A DNA stretch of 64,000 nucleotides from NCBI GenBank assembly GCA_964414295.1, contig CAYPVU010000020.1, positions 43,289 through 107,288 on the forward strand. Reading direction: 5' to 3'. Of this stretch, positions 18,512 through 27,825 are shown piece by piece. Made by a program: the position numbers and the translations under genes. How positions within the stretch are numbered: the first letter of the stretch is position 1; each line of letters opens with the position of its first letter. The DNA comes from an uncultured Candidatus Saccharibacteria bacterium. GTDB lineage: Bacteria > Patescibacteriota > Dojkabacteria > J137. The notes beneath the pieces are model-generated. The model searched no databases. It saw nothing but the letters and a program-made list of their open reading frames with translations, and was not told the origin of the DNA.

Positions 18512-18913
18512 ATGAATAAACCTATGCAACAAGACGAGAATCCTAATGCAGATAATACTAACTCTAATTCTAGTAAAGTTCAAGATGGCACAACTCAGTC
18601 ATCGTTATCCGATATAAAAAGTAAAGTAAAAGTAGAAGAAATCTCTGAAGGAGTTTATAGGGCGACTACAGAGAAAAGCAGCTATATAATTGAGTATGAT
18701 ATTAATAAATGTATAGGGGCAGCCTCATGTGCTGCTATTGCACCATTGACTTTCTTTATGAACGAAGAAAACAAAGCTCAAATACGTGAAGATGTAGAAG
18801 ACTTTGACGAAGATGAAGTTATTTTAGCAGGTGCCCAATCTTGTCCAGTATTTGCTATAAAAATTATCGAAAAATCTACAGGGAATGTTTTATTCCCTAT
18901 AGAAGGTGACTAA
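18512..18913 (+). CDS. Single-cluster ferredoxin (3Fe-4S type)
   Basis: CIGAASC...AQSCPVFAI. Confidence 0.85.
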   Translation: MNKPMQQDENPNADNTNSNSSKVQDGTTQSSLSDIKSKVKVEEISEGVYRATTEKSSYIIEYDINKCIGAASCAAIAPLTFFMNEENKAQIREDVEDFDEDEVILAGAQSCPVFAIKIIEKSTGNVLFPIEGD

Positions 18914-18914
18914 A

Positions 18915-20036
18915 ATGCAAAATTTAATAAAAAGCATTAAGCGAAACAAACATTTAATACTTTCAGTATTAATAGTTATTCTTGGCTTTTTGTTATTCTT
19001 TCCAACTAAGGTAATTACTATAGATGAGCATGACTATTTAAACAATGCACATCTTTTAATTAATGGTGATTTAAAAACAGATTGTAATTTAAATATACCT
19101 GGCCAGTGGCCAACTAATTTAGGATATTGTATTTCTAAATACAATATCGGTACTTCAATTTTTTTAATACCTGCAGTATTGATTGATACTAATTTAGTGA
19201 TACTGACTTCCTTAGTAATATTTTCTTTTTCTATATTGGTATTCTATAAACTAATAATTTTTTATAAATTAGATAAAAAACTAATTTATATCTTTGCTTT
19301 GTTTCCACCGTTTATATTCTTTTCTAGAACTTTACTTTCCGAAATTTACTCAATGAGTATATTGCTATTTATCTACTACAGCCTTTTAAATCTTAAAAGT
19401 TTTAAGTATAGAATTCTTGCACCTATATTGATTATCATTTCTTTATACATTAGATATACAAATATAATTCCGGTAGGTATATTAGCTATCTACTTCCTTA
19501 TATATTACTTAAGACAAGAATCTTTTAAGGACTTAGTCAAGAAGTATTGGATAATACCTATTATTTTAGGATTAGGTGCAATAACATTGTTTATTTTTAA
19601 TCATAATTACTACGGATTTTTTTTAAGATCAGGATATTACTTCTCGGCAGAAGAGGGTAATATTGTTCCTCTTCAATTCCCAGTTGTATTTTTTAAATAC
19701 TTTTTATTAGTAAATATCTTTTATCCGTTTGGGTTGATTTTTCTTTTTAAAAGCAGGATAAAGCATACAAAGTTATTTGCAGTATTATTTATAACTTTGC
19801 TTTTATTCTACAGTATAGTAAAAAATGAAAGTTTCCCCGGCAAATTATCAGATATTATATTAGGCTTAAGATTTTTAATTCCAGTATATCCATTTTTAAT
19901 ACTTCCTTATGCTGGATTAATAAATAACTTTAAAAATGAAAGGGTTTATAAATATTTGATGTATACTATTATTATCCTATTAATTTGTTCAAGCCTGTTA
20001 GTGAATTTACTGCACTATAATTTTATAAATAAATGA
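18915..20036 (+). CDS. Polytopic membrane protein, probable GT-C glycosyltransferase
   Basis: Early DE motif (IDEHDY), many TM helices, RFLIP near the C-terminus; in an operon with GT4. Alternative GTG start at 18906. Confidence 0.6.
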   Translation: MQNLIKSIKRNKHLILSVLIVILGFLLFFPTKVITIDEHDYLNNAHLLINGDLKTDCNLNIPGQWPTNLGYCISKYNIGTSIFLIPAVLIDTNLVILTSLVIFSFSILVFYKLIIFYKLDKKLIYIFALFPPFIFFSRTLLSEIYSMSILLFIYYSLLNLKSFKYRILAPILIIISLYIRYTNIIPVGILAIYFLIYYLRQESFKDLVKKYWIIPIILGLGAITLFIFNHNYYGFFLRSGYYFSAEEGNIVPLQFPVVFFKYFLLVNIFYPFGLIFLFKSRIKHTKLFAVLFITLLLFYSIVKNESFPGKLSDIILGLRFLIPVYPFLILPYAGLINNFKNERVYKYLMYTIIILLICSSLLVNLLHYNFINK

Positions 20037-21181
20037 AAATAATATTACTTACAACTTTCTATAAACCTTCTGTGGGAGGGGTGGAGAGACAGGTAGAAGA
20101 AATATTTTTAAATCTAAAGAAGAGAGGACACAATGTAAGGGTCTTTACTACTGATGCTTCTCATTCAACTAATAAAAGGTTAAAAAATGTTCCTGTTGAA
20201 CATGATGTAGAAAGATTTAAATATTTGTTTGGATTTGGATTCTTTTTTAGATTCTCCTTGAGTCTTGTAATAAATCTACTATTTACAGACTTTGATGTAG
20301 TACATGTCCATAATTCACACGATGCCCATTTACTTCCGGCTCTATTAATAAAGATAATTAGAAGAAAAAAGATTGTAATTACTGGACATAATCCTTATGT
20401 AGTAGATAAATCCAAGCGAAAAGAAAGACTGTCAAAAGGAGTAATATTATTTGACTCAATATTAAAAATCTTTAGATTAGGTGTAGATAAATATATTGCA
20501 TTGTTAGAATCCGAGAAGCAATTTGTAAATAACTACTTAAAGATTCCCCTAAATAAGATAGACATTATTCCAAATGGAATTAGAGATCCTTATTACAAGG
20601 AAGTAAGACAACTTACCGATAGTAATCTTTTTTATACCAAATATAATTTAGATAAAGATAAGTATAAATTAGTTGCAGGATTACTATGTAGAGTAGATTT
20701 TGTAAAAGGTATTCAAAACTTAAAAACTGCAGTTAATAATAATCCCGACTGTTTATTTATAATAGGGGGCGGAGATGGGGGATATTTAGAATCTCTAAAA
20801 GAAATGTTTAAAGAAAACTCTAATATATTTTTTACAGGAGAATTTTTGAATGTAAATGAGTCATTAGACTTTTATGCGTTTATTGATATATTTTTGCTAC
20901 CAAGTGTATATGAACCTTTTGGTATTACAATTGTAGAAGCTATGACCCAAGGTAAGTATATATTGGCAAGTTCTAAAGGGGGGCCTAAAGAGATTATTAA
21001 AGGAGAGTACGGGGAAGTTCTTGATCCTTTAAATGAACAAATGTGGTCCGATAGAATTAAGGATATAAAAGAGAGTATCGATGTTTTTACTACTAAGGGG
21101 CAACTTGGAATTAAAGACTCTTTAGAGTATAAGTGGGAAAGAATTACCGATAAATTAGTAAGTTTATATAAATCAATTTGA
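20033..21181 (+). CDS. Glycosyltransferase family 4
   Basis: GGVERQV, IIPNGI, EPFGITIVEAM. Confidence 0.9.
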   Translation: MKIILLTTFYKPSVGGVERQVEEIFLNLKKRGHNVRVFTTDASHSTNKRLKNVPVEHDVERFKYLFGFGFFFRFSLSLVINLLFTDFDVVHVHNSHDAHLLPALLIKIIRRKKIVITGHNPYVVDKSKRKERLSKGVILFDSILKIFRLGVDKYIALLESEKQFVNNYLKIPLNKIDIIPNGIRDPYYKEVRQLTDSNLFYTKYNLDKDKYKLVAGLLCRVDFVKGIQNLKTAVNNNPDCLFIIGGGDGGYLESLKEMFKENSNIFFTGEFLNVNESLDFYAFIDIFLLPSVYEPFGITIVEAMTQGKYILASSKGGPKEIIKGEYGEVLDPLNEQMWSDRIKDIKESIDVFTTKGQLGIKDSLEYKWERITDKLVSLYKSI

Positions 21182-21257
21182 TATAATTTTTTTATTCTTC
21201 ACTTAGAATTCAAAGGTGAAGGCTAAAATTGTTTTATTAAATGTTTAGATATAAATT

Positions 21258-21926
21258 ATGAAAATACCATCTTTTGTTTGGGTTGTACTTATTCTTATAG
21301 TAGGATTTGGTTTTTTAATGCTTTTAGCAAATCAAAAAAACAATCAAAGTGTAGTTAATGCAACATTACCTGTAGATGTAGAAGTTTATGTAGATTTTAA
21401 CTGTCCACACTGTGCTGAATTTGAACCATTTGTAACTGAGGCTAGAGAAAAATATGGAGATAAAGTTAATATTCAGGTAAAAATGCTTCCATTTTTAACT
21501 TCTGGACAAACTCCAGACACATCTGCCGAATATGCTTATGCAGCTTTAGCAGCAGGAAAGCAAGATAAAAAAGAGGAATTTACAGAATTGCTTTTTAAAT
21601 GGATAACATTTAGAAAAAGCCCTACAAATACAATCTTTACCTATACAGATGAAGAGAAGCAATTATTTGCAAATACAATAAATTTGGAAGAATTAGCTTC
21701 TTATTTAGAGCTTGACGTTCAAAAGTTTAATGCAGATAGAGTTAGTTCCGAAGTTAAAGCAGAATTACTTGCAGAAAAAGATTCCGCAGTAAAAAGAATG
21801 GGTGCTATTTCTACACCAGCAGTCTTTTACTATGGCACTTACCAAAAACTAAGTACGTATAACGATTTAGATGCTAAAATTGATTCCTATATAAAGCAAG
21901 CTGAAGCCTCAACAACAAATAAATAA
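21258..21926 (+). CDS. DsbA-family thioredoxin, membrane anchored
   Basis: DFNCPHC active site, STP cis-Pro loop, N-terminal TM. Confidence 0.85.
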   Translation: MKIPSFVWVVLILIVGFGFLMLLANQKNNQSVVNATLPVDVEVYVDFNCPHCAEFEPFVTEAREKYGDKVNIQVKMLPFLTSGQTPDTSAEYAYAALAAGKQDKKEEFTELLFKWITFRKSPTNTIFTYTDEEKQLFANTINLEELASYLELDVQKFNADRVSSEVKAELLAEKDSAVKRMGAISTPAVFYYGTYQKLSTYNDLDAKIDSYIKQAEASTTNK

Positions 21927-21930
21927 ACCT

Positions 21931-22689
21931 ATGAGATTAAGTCGTTTTTTTACAGAAAGAAAGAATTTAAGAATTGGTAGCAGTGTTAAATTGGCAGATA
22001 CGGATATAGAACATATTAGAAAAGTTCTTAGATTACAGAAAGGCGATAAGGTAATAGTATTTAACGGTGAAAAAGAATTTTCTGCAATTTTAACTCTTGT
22101 TAAAAAGGATGTTGTACTAGTTAAACTCGAAGAATTACTAAAGGAAGATTTAGAAAAATCCGATAGAACTAAATTTACATTAATACAAGGTTTATTAAGA
22201 GCTGGTAAATTTGATACTATAATTGAAAAAACTACAGAATTAGGTATTGATAATATTATTCCTACTGAATGCGACTTTTCTCAGACTAAAGTTGAAGTTG
22301 TAGAAAGAAAACTAGATAGATGGAATAAACTAGCTGTCGCTGCTGCCAAGCAGAGTGAAAGAATAGATGTTCCTTTAATCTATGAAGGAGTTGTATTTAA
22401 GGATTTGGAAAACTTACTTAAAGAATTTGATGAAGTTATTTTTTTTACAATACCTAGAAAGAAAATTCCCGAATCTTTAGAATCATTAAAGCTATCACAA
22501 CTAAAACCTAACAAAACTGCTAAGAATATTGCATTTCTAATTGGGCCAGAAGGCGGTTTTTCGCCTAGAGAACATGAATGGGCTAAAAGCTGGAACTTAA
22601 AGTTTGTCCATTTTGATGGACCTGTATTAAGATCAGAAACTGCAAGTATTGTTTTAACCGGAATATTAAAATATATTTATTCTATTTAG
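21931..22689 (+). CDS. rsmE: 16S rRNA m3U1498 methyltransferase
   Basis: HIRKVLR, EKTTELG, AAKQSER, IGPEGGFS, LRSETA. Confidence 0.95.
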   Translation: MRLSRFFTERKNLRIGSSVKLADTDIEHIRKVLRLQKGDKVIVFNGEKEFSAILTLVKKDVVLVKLEELLKEDLEKSDRTKFTLIQGLLRAGKFDTIIEKTTELGIDNIIPTECDFSQTKVEVVERKLDRWNKLAVAAAKQSERIDVPLIYEGVVFKDLENLLKEFDEVIFFTIPRKKIPESLESLKLSQLKPNKTAKNIAFLIGPEGGFSPREHEWAKSWNLKFVHFDGPVLRSETASIVLTGILKYIYSI

Positions 22690-23419
22690 ATAGAATTAGA
22701 TATAGTTCGTTAGAAGTTCTTAGACTTTGATTTTCTAGTTTAAGGTTATATATTTTGGCCATATTCTTAATTTCTTCTAATCTCCAGTATCTTTGTTTTA
22801 TAAAGGTTAGTTTTTTATCTATTAACTTGCTATTTCTATATACTTCTACTTCTTCTTTAGATATTGAAGTATTTGTTTTAGATAGGTATTTATATGTAGA
22901 CCAATGCATTTTATAAGTTATTTCACCAAGGGTTTTTTCTGTTGTAAAATCAAACCTAGCAGGATTAACTAATTGTGCATTATCAATGTTGATTAATATT
23001 TTGCCATCTTGAACTAATAATTCCTTTAGTCTTTTAAGCAAACTAAGTGCATCTTTTTTAGTTAGTGCAATTTCATTAAAAGAGTTCCATAAAAGTATTA
23101 TTAAATTAAACTTTTCTTGGGGAGCAAAGTTAAAAATACTTTTATTTACTATTAGCAAATTATCATTCGTATAGTTTTTATTAATTTCGTTTAGCATTAA
23201 TGAAGACGAATCTAAAGCAGTAACATTAAACCCCAATTTAGCTAAAGGGATCGAGTGTCTACCAGTCCCCGCTCCAACATCTAATATATTTGAACCAGGT
23301 TCTGTAAGTCTATTAATTAGTGAAATCTCTTCATCAGTAACTTCAATACTTTTTAAAGGAAGACTTACTAAATCGTAATATTTAGACGTTACATTATTAG
23401 GGTTAGAAATTAATCCCAT
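22682..23419 (-). CDS. Class I SAM-dependent methyltransferase
   Basis: ILDVGAGTGRH motif I, ALDSS; start overlaps the epmA stop by 10 nt. Confidence 0.85.
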   Translation of the reverse strand: MGLISNPNNVTSKYYDLVSLPLKSIEVTDEEISLINRLTEPGSNILDVGAGTGRHSIPLAKLGFNVTALDSSSLMLNEINKNYTNDNLLIVNKSIFNFAPQEKFNLIILLWNSFNEIALTKKDALSLLKRLKELLVQDGKILINIDNAQLVNPARFDFTTEKTLGEITYKMHWSTYKYLSKTNTSISKEEVEVYRNSKLIDKKLTFIKQRYWRLEEIKNMAKIYNLKLENQSLRTSNELYLILSK

Positions 23420-24501
23420 TCGCTTACAGGAAAATAATTAATATCAGAGATATTTTTAGCATTTGCAAATACCATCGCAATTCTATCTAACCCAATTCCT
23501 ATTCCAGCAACATTTGGTAAACCACTTTTAAGTGCATTTATTAAATCATGGTCAAATGCAATCTCTTTAAGCCCTAACTTTTTTCTAGCCTCTGCTTCTT
23601 CAATAAACCTTTGTTCTTGGTAAGTTGCATCAATTAATTCTGTATATCCATTTCCAATCTCTTTTCTTGCTAAGTAGATTTCGATTCGCTCACAAACTAG
23701 AGGATTTGTTGTGCTTGGCTTTGTAAGTACACATATCTGCTTAGGAAAGTCATATACAAAAACAGGTTTATTTGTAGGTAATTTAGGCTCAATTTCGTTT
23801 GCCCAAATCCATTCGTATATTCTTTGCCAATCATCTTCGTTAGTTACATTATATCCTTTATTAATAGCAACTTTTCTAAATTCATTTTCATCCTGAATTT
23901 CATTCAATTTTATTCCTGCGAACTTTTCTAAGGCTTCAGGTATTGATACTTTATGCCAAGGAGCACTTAAATCAATTATTGAACCTTGATAATTTATGCT
24001 TAAATCTTGATTATAAGGAGTTACATCAATAGGAAATCGATTAAGTTTCTGTTCTTTTGCTAAACTTTCTTTTATGTAGTTAAATAAAAAAGTAAAAAGC
24101 TCTTCGCAGTCATTCATTAATCCTCTGTAATCTGTATTTAAATGGTACCATTCAAGCATAGTAAATTCTGGAGAATGATTAACTCCAATTTCTTCCAAAC
24201 CCCTTAATACTTTGGTAATTACAAAATGCTCCCCTAATCCTGCAGCTAATATTTTTTTATTATATGTTTCTGTTGTTGGAGTTATGTATCCTACCTTAAC
24301 TTTATTATCTTTTAATTCTATATTTGTTGTTAATATATCTAAGTATCTTTCCTGAGGTAGAGCATTGGTAATTATAGGACTTTCTAATTCGTGATAGTTT
24401 CTTCCTTCAAAGAACTTTCTACACCCTTGAATAAGATATTCTTTTATAAAATACCTTTGAAATAATAGAGGGTTTTCTTTTAATTTCTGCCAAGTTTTCA
24501 T
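23410..24501 (-). CDS. epmA: EF-P lysine aminoacylase (EpmA/GenX/PoxA)
   Basis: LysRS catalytic domain with no anticodon-binding domain: HSPEFTMLEWY, EIGNGYTEL, GIGIGLDR. Immediately downstream of efp; ATG at 24501 preferred. Confidence 0.88.
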   Translation of the reverse strand: MKTWQKLKENPLLFQRYFIKEYLIQGCRKFFEGRNYHELESPIITNALPQERYLDILTTNIELKDNKVKVGYITPTTETYNKKILAAGLGEHFVITKVLRGLEEIGVNHSPEFTMLEWYHLNTDYRGLMNDCEELFTFLFNYIKESLAKEQKLNRFPIDVTPYNQDLSINYQGSIIDLSAPWHKVSIPEALEKFAGIKLNEIQDENEFRKVAINKGYNVTNEDDWQRIYEWIWANEIEPKLPTNKPVFVYDFPKQICVLTKPSTTNPLVCERIEIYLARKEIGNGYTELIDATYQEQRFIEEAEARKKLGLKEIAFDHDLINALKSGLPNVAGIGIGLDRIAMVFANAKNISDINYFPVSEWD

Positions 24502-24512
24502 AGATATAAAAA

Positions 24513-24558
24513 ACGGATTCAAGTTGTATTAATATATTTAATAGTAACTCAAATCCGT
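24513..24558 (-). terminator. Long hairpin with U-tract between efp and epmA
   Basis: Minus strand ACGGATTTGAGTT/AACTTGAATCCGT 13-bp stem (2 G-U), inner TATTAA/TTAATA stem, followed by TTTTT. Confidence 0.6.
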
Positions 24559-24572
24559 ATTAATAGTAAGTA

Positions 24573-25136
24573 TTATTCGTTAGCTTTAGAGTAGTACTCG
24601 TTTGTTTCAGTATTAATTAGAATTTTCTCTCCATTTTTTATAAATAATGGAACTTTAACTTTTAATCCTGTTTCAACTGTAACTTCTTTCATAGCATTTG
24701 TTGCAGTATCGCCTCTAACTGCATCAGGTGCTTCAATTATAGTTAATGCAATCTTACCTGGTAATTGTACATAAATTACTTCATCTTCGTAAAAAGACAT
24801 TACGTACTTTGCATCTGAGTGTAGGTAATCAGTACCCCCAGGGATTAAATCTAATGAAACTGTTACTTGATCAAATGTATCTGGATTCATAAAATACGCA
24901 CTGTCTCCATCATTATAAAGATACTGCATATTCCTAGTTGAAACCTCTAATTCTTCAACCTTTTCTCCTGATTTTAAAACAATATTTACAAATTTACCTG
25001 TTTTAATAGACTTTAATTTACATCTATTAAATGCAGATCCTTTTCCAGGTGAATAAAACTCTTTTTCAACTAAAATATGAGGCTCGTTGTTGTGTTTTAT
25101 AATCATTCCTCTATATAGCTCTGATGTTGCTGACAT
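24573..25136 (-). CDS. efp: Elongation factor P
   Basis: SPGKGSAF loop, MQYLY, VRGDTA, ETGLKVKVPLFI; ATG at 25136 preferred. Confidence 0.96.
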   Translation of the reverse strand: MSATSELYRGMIIKHNNEPHILVEKEFYSPGKGSAFNRCKLKSIKTGKFVNIVLKSGEKVEELEVSTRNMQYLYNDGDSAYFMNPDTFDQVTVSLDLIPGGTDYLHSDAKYVMSFYEDEVIYVQLPGKIALTIIEAPDAVRGDTATNAMKEVTVETGLKVKVPLFIKNGEKILINTETNEYYSKANE

Positions 25137-25315
25137 GTTTCTTAATATAATAATTACATTCCACAATTCAAATAGTTTATATATCCAGTAAATAACAAGA
25201 TTTGTGAATTTATAGATTATTCAAATTGATCGGATAATTCTACCAAAAAAGGATCATTATTGCTATAGGGCTTAATGGGCTTTTCTTATTTACTAAAATT
25301 TTACACAAGAATTAA

Positions 25316-25343
25316 TTGACACGTAAGAAATTATTGATAAAAT
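25316..25343 (+). promoter_or_regulatory. Strong sigma70 promoter
   Basis: TTGACA-16 nt-TAAAAT with an extended -10 TG. Confidence 0.6.
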
Positions 25344-25387
25344 CCTACGTCTTAGCAAGATATTTTAATTAAAGTTAAATTGCACTT

Positions 25388-25468
25388 ATGGCTAAAACAG
25401 CTTATATGGTGACCATGTTAGTTGCCGCCTGGTTTGCTGATTTACTATTAATTGGTGGAGATGATTAA
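25388..25468 (+). CDS. Putative small hydrophobic protein MAKTAYMVTMLVAAWFADLLLIGGDD
   Basis: 26-aa ORF, the only + strand ORF downstream of the 25316 promoter; its stop overlaps the pyrD stop. Confidence 0.4.
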   Translation: MAKTAYMVTMLVAAWFADLLLIGGDD

Positions 25469-26565
25469 TTGTGATAGTAACCAATGGCTTCAGAGATATG
25501 GTTGAATCCATCCTTCTTTGCTAACTGTTCTAATCCCTTATTAATTTCTTTAATAAGGGAAGGTCCCTCAAATATCATTCCTGTTATTAACTCTAGTAAA
25601 GTAGCACCTCTTTTTATTTTTTCGTAAGCATCCTCAGCTGAAAATATACCTCCAACTCCAATTATTTTTAAACTAGTACCGTAGTTTTTGTATGTATAGC
25701 TAATTAGATTGTTGCATAAGCTCTGTGTAGGCAATCCACTAATTCCTCCTTTAACATTTTCTGGAATTTCATCTTTTATTAAAGCTGGATCTTTTACCTT
25801 TGTTAAGTTACCTATTACTACACCTGTAAATTTGTATTTTTGTATAACTTTTAGTAGTAAATCAAACTCTTCTATCTGTAGATTAATAGGCATTTTTACA
25901 AAAATAGGTTTTTCAGTTTTTAACTCTGAAAGTTTATTCAATAATCTTTCGAGTTTGTCTTCTGTAGTAAAGGGTTCACCTCCAAAAGTATTAGGGCAAG
26001 AAATATTAATTGTATAGTATTGTCCAATATTATTATCTATTAAATACTTTAAACACTCATAATAATCTTGTATACCTGCTTCTTCAGTTGAAGTCTTAGA
26101 TGAGTTAGTTTTTGCTACAGAAACTCCTAGTACCATATCTGTCTTTAGAGCTTCTTTTATTCTATTTGCAACTTTCTTTACACCATCGTTCATTAGACCA
26201 TAGTAGACCACTAGTCCTTTAGATTTTTTTAATCTATAAAGTCTTGGTTTAGGATTCCCTTTATAGCTATCTAAAGTAACAGATCCAATTTCTTCAAATC
26301 CAAATCCTACATAAGGTAGAATATTTAGTAATTTTGCGTTCTTATCAAAACCCGCAGAAAGTCCTACCGGATTTTGAAAATTAACATTACTAATTTTTTG
26401 TTCTAAGAATGGAGAAGAGTAGTAGAATATCTTTTTTGTTACAAATCTAGTAACTCTGTATCTACCCAAAAAAACACCAAAGTAAGTTATTGAGTCGTGT
26501 ATAAATTCGGGATCGAATTTAAAGACAATAGGTTTAAAAATGTATTTATAAAGTGTAGTGACCAT
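25465..26565 (-). CDS. pyrD: Dihydroorotate dehydrogenase, class 2 (quinone)
   Basis: DPEFIH, NPVGLSAGFDKN, GNPKPRLYRL, NISCPNT, GGISG, IIGVGGIFS. Confidence 0.92.
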   Translation of the reverse strand: MVTTLYKYIFKPIVFKFDPEFIHDSITYFGVFLGRYRVTRFVTKKIFYYSSPFLEQKISNVNFQNPVGLSAGFDKNAKLLNILPYVGFGFEEIGSVTLDSYKGNPKPRLYRLKKSKGLVVYYGLMNDGVKKVANRIKEALKTDMVLGVSVAKTNSSKTSTEEAGIQDYYECLKYLIDNNIGQYYTINISCPNTFGGEPFTTEDKLERLLNKLSELKTEKPIFVKMPINLQIEEFDLLLKVIQKYKFTGVVIGNLTKVKDPALIKDEIPENVKGGISGLPTQSLCNNLISYTYKNYGTSLKIIGVGGIFSAEDAYEKIKRGATLLELITGMIFEGPSLIKEINKGLEQLAKKDGFNHISEAIGYYHN

Positions 26566-26607
26566 GTAAAACTATTTTATTCCTCTTTTCTATTTTTGCA
26601 AGAAGAA

Positions 26608-26961
26608 TTAATTGCACTCCTCGCACTTACCTTTTAGGTTTAGTTCAAAGTCTTTTATATCTAGATTAAGTGGTAGTAGTTTTTTTAGTTGCTCTGTATC
26701 TATGTCTACAGGTATAACTTTTTCGCAGTTTTGACAAATAAAGTGCTGATGATAGTCATGTTCTACATTAATTTCGTAGCTTGATACACCTTTTTTAACA
26801 TTTACTTCTCTTAGAATTCCCTGTTCTACAAATAAAGCTATATTTCTATATATAGTTGCTCGATCTATATCGGGTAGCTTTTGAGTAACTTCATTAGCAG
26901 TTAGTAAATCACCGTTTTTGAATATTTCTAAAATCTTTTCTCTTTTTTGACTATTTTTCAT
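26608..26961 (-). CDS. Fur-family regulator (probably Zur)
   Basis: ATIYRN helix, HQHFICQNC, C-terminal CEEC; divergent from a ZIP transporter. Confidence 0.88.
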   Translation of the reverse strand: MKNSQKREKILEIFKNGDLLTANEVTQKLPDIDRATIYRNIALFVEQGILREVNVKKGVSSYEINVEHDYHQHFICQNCEKVIPVDIDTEQLKKLLPLNLDIKDFELNLKGKCEECN

Positions 26962-26965
26962 ACGT

Positions 26966-27008
26966 AATGCAAATAAGTTGCAAAATTATAATGCGACACT
27001 GTTGCATT
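26966..27008. promoter_or_regulatory. Two tandem Fur/Zur-type operator palindromes
   Basis: AATGCAAATAAGTTGCAAA (26966-26984) and AATGCGACACTGTTGCATT (26990-27008) between the divergent regulator and transporter. Confidence 0.65.
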
Positions 27009-27057
27009 TGTCAAAGATATAATTTAAAATCCCTTATCTTATTTTATTAGTTTGTTT

Positions 27058-27825
27058 ATGGATTCTATTTTAATGCCAATAGGCGCATCACTTTTAGTCA
27101 GTTTAATGTCATTTGTAGGTATAGTTTTATTAGTAAATAAAATATCTAAAAGTTTTATATTAACTGCTTTAATCTCCTTTGCAGCAGGTAGTTTAATAGG
27201 AGATGTTTTTTTCCACTTATTACCGGAGAGTATAGAAACTTACGGATATTCTAATACCACAGTATTTGGAATATTAATTGGTATTATTTTAATGTTATTA
27301 GTAGAAGCATATCTGCACTGTAGTCATGATTCTGAAGAAGAAATTGAAAAAGCAAATGACCATTCCACACATTCGCATGTACATTTAGGGAAATTAAATA
27401 CTTTAGGAGATGCTTTACATAATTATTTAGATGGAGTTGCATTAGCATCTAGCTTTCTAATTTCTCCAGAAATTGGTATTGCTACTACTGTTGCCATTAT
27501 ACTGCACGAAATACCGCAAGAGTTTGCAGATGTTTCTGTATTGGTTTATGCAGGCTGGAGCAAGGCTAAAATTTTAGTAATGAACTTTTTAACTGCTCTA
27601 ACATCCTTACTTGGAGTATTTACTGTATATATTCTAAGCAGTATTAATAGTGAATTAGAAATGTATTTAATTCCAATTGCAATAGGTCAATTTATCTATA
27701 TAGCACTTGCAGATTTACTGCCGGTAATACATAAAAAAGCTGGAGTAAAAAAATATATAATAGAAATTACTACATTTTTAATAGGCATAGGTTTAATGTA
27801 TTTGCTTACACTAGCAGAAGCCTAA
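27058..27825 (+). CDS. ZIP-family zinc/metal transporter
   Basis: FFHLLPE, His-rich loop, GDALHNYLDG, LHEIPQE. Confidence 0.92.
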   Translation: MDSILMPIGASLLVSLMSFVGIVLLVNKISKSFILTALISFAAGSLIGDVFFHLLPESIETYGYSNTTVFGILIGIILMLLVEAYLHCSHDSEEEIEKANDHSTHSHVHLGKLNTLGDALHNYLDGVALASSFLISPEIGIATTVAIILHEIPQEFADVSVLVYAGWSKAKILVMNFLTALTSLLGVFTVYILSSINSELEMYLIPIAIGQFIYIALADLLPVIHKKAGVKKYIIEITTFLIGIGLMYLLTLAEA

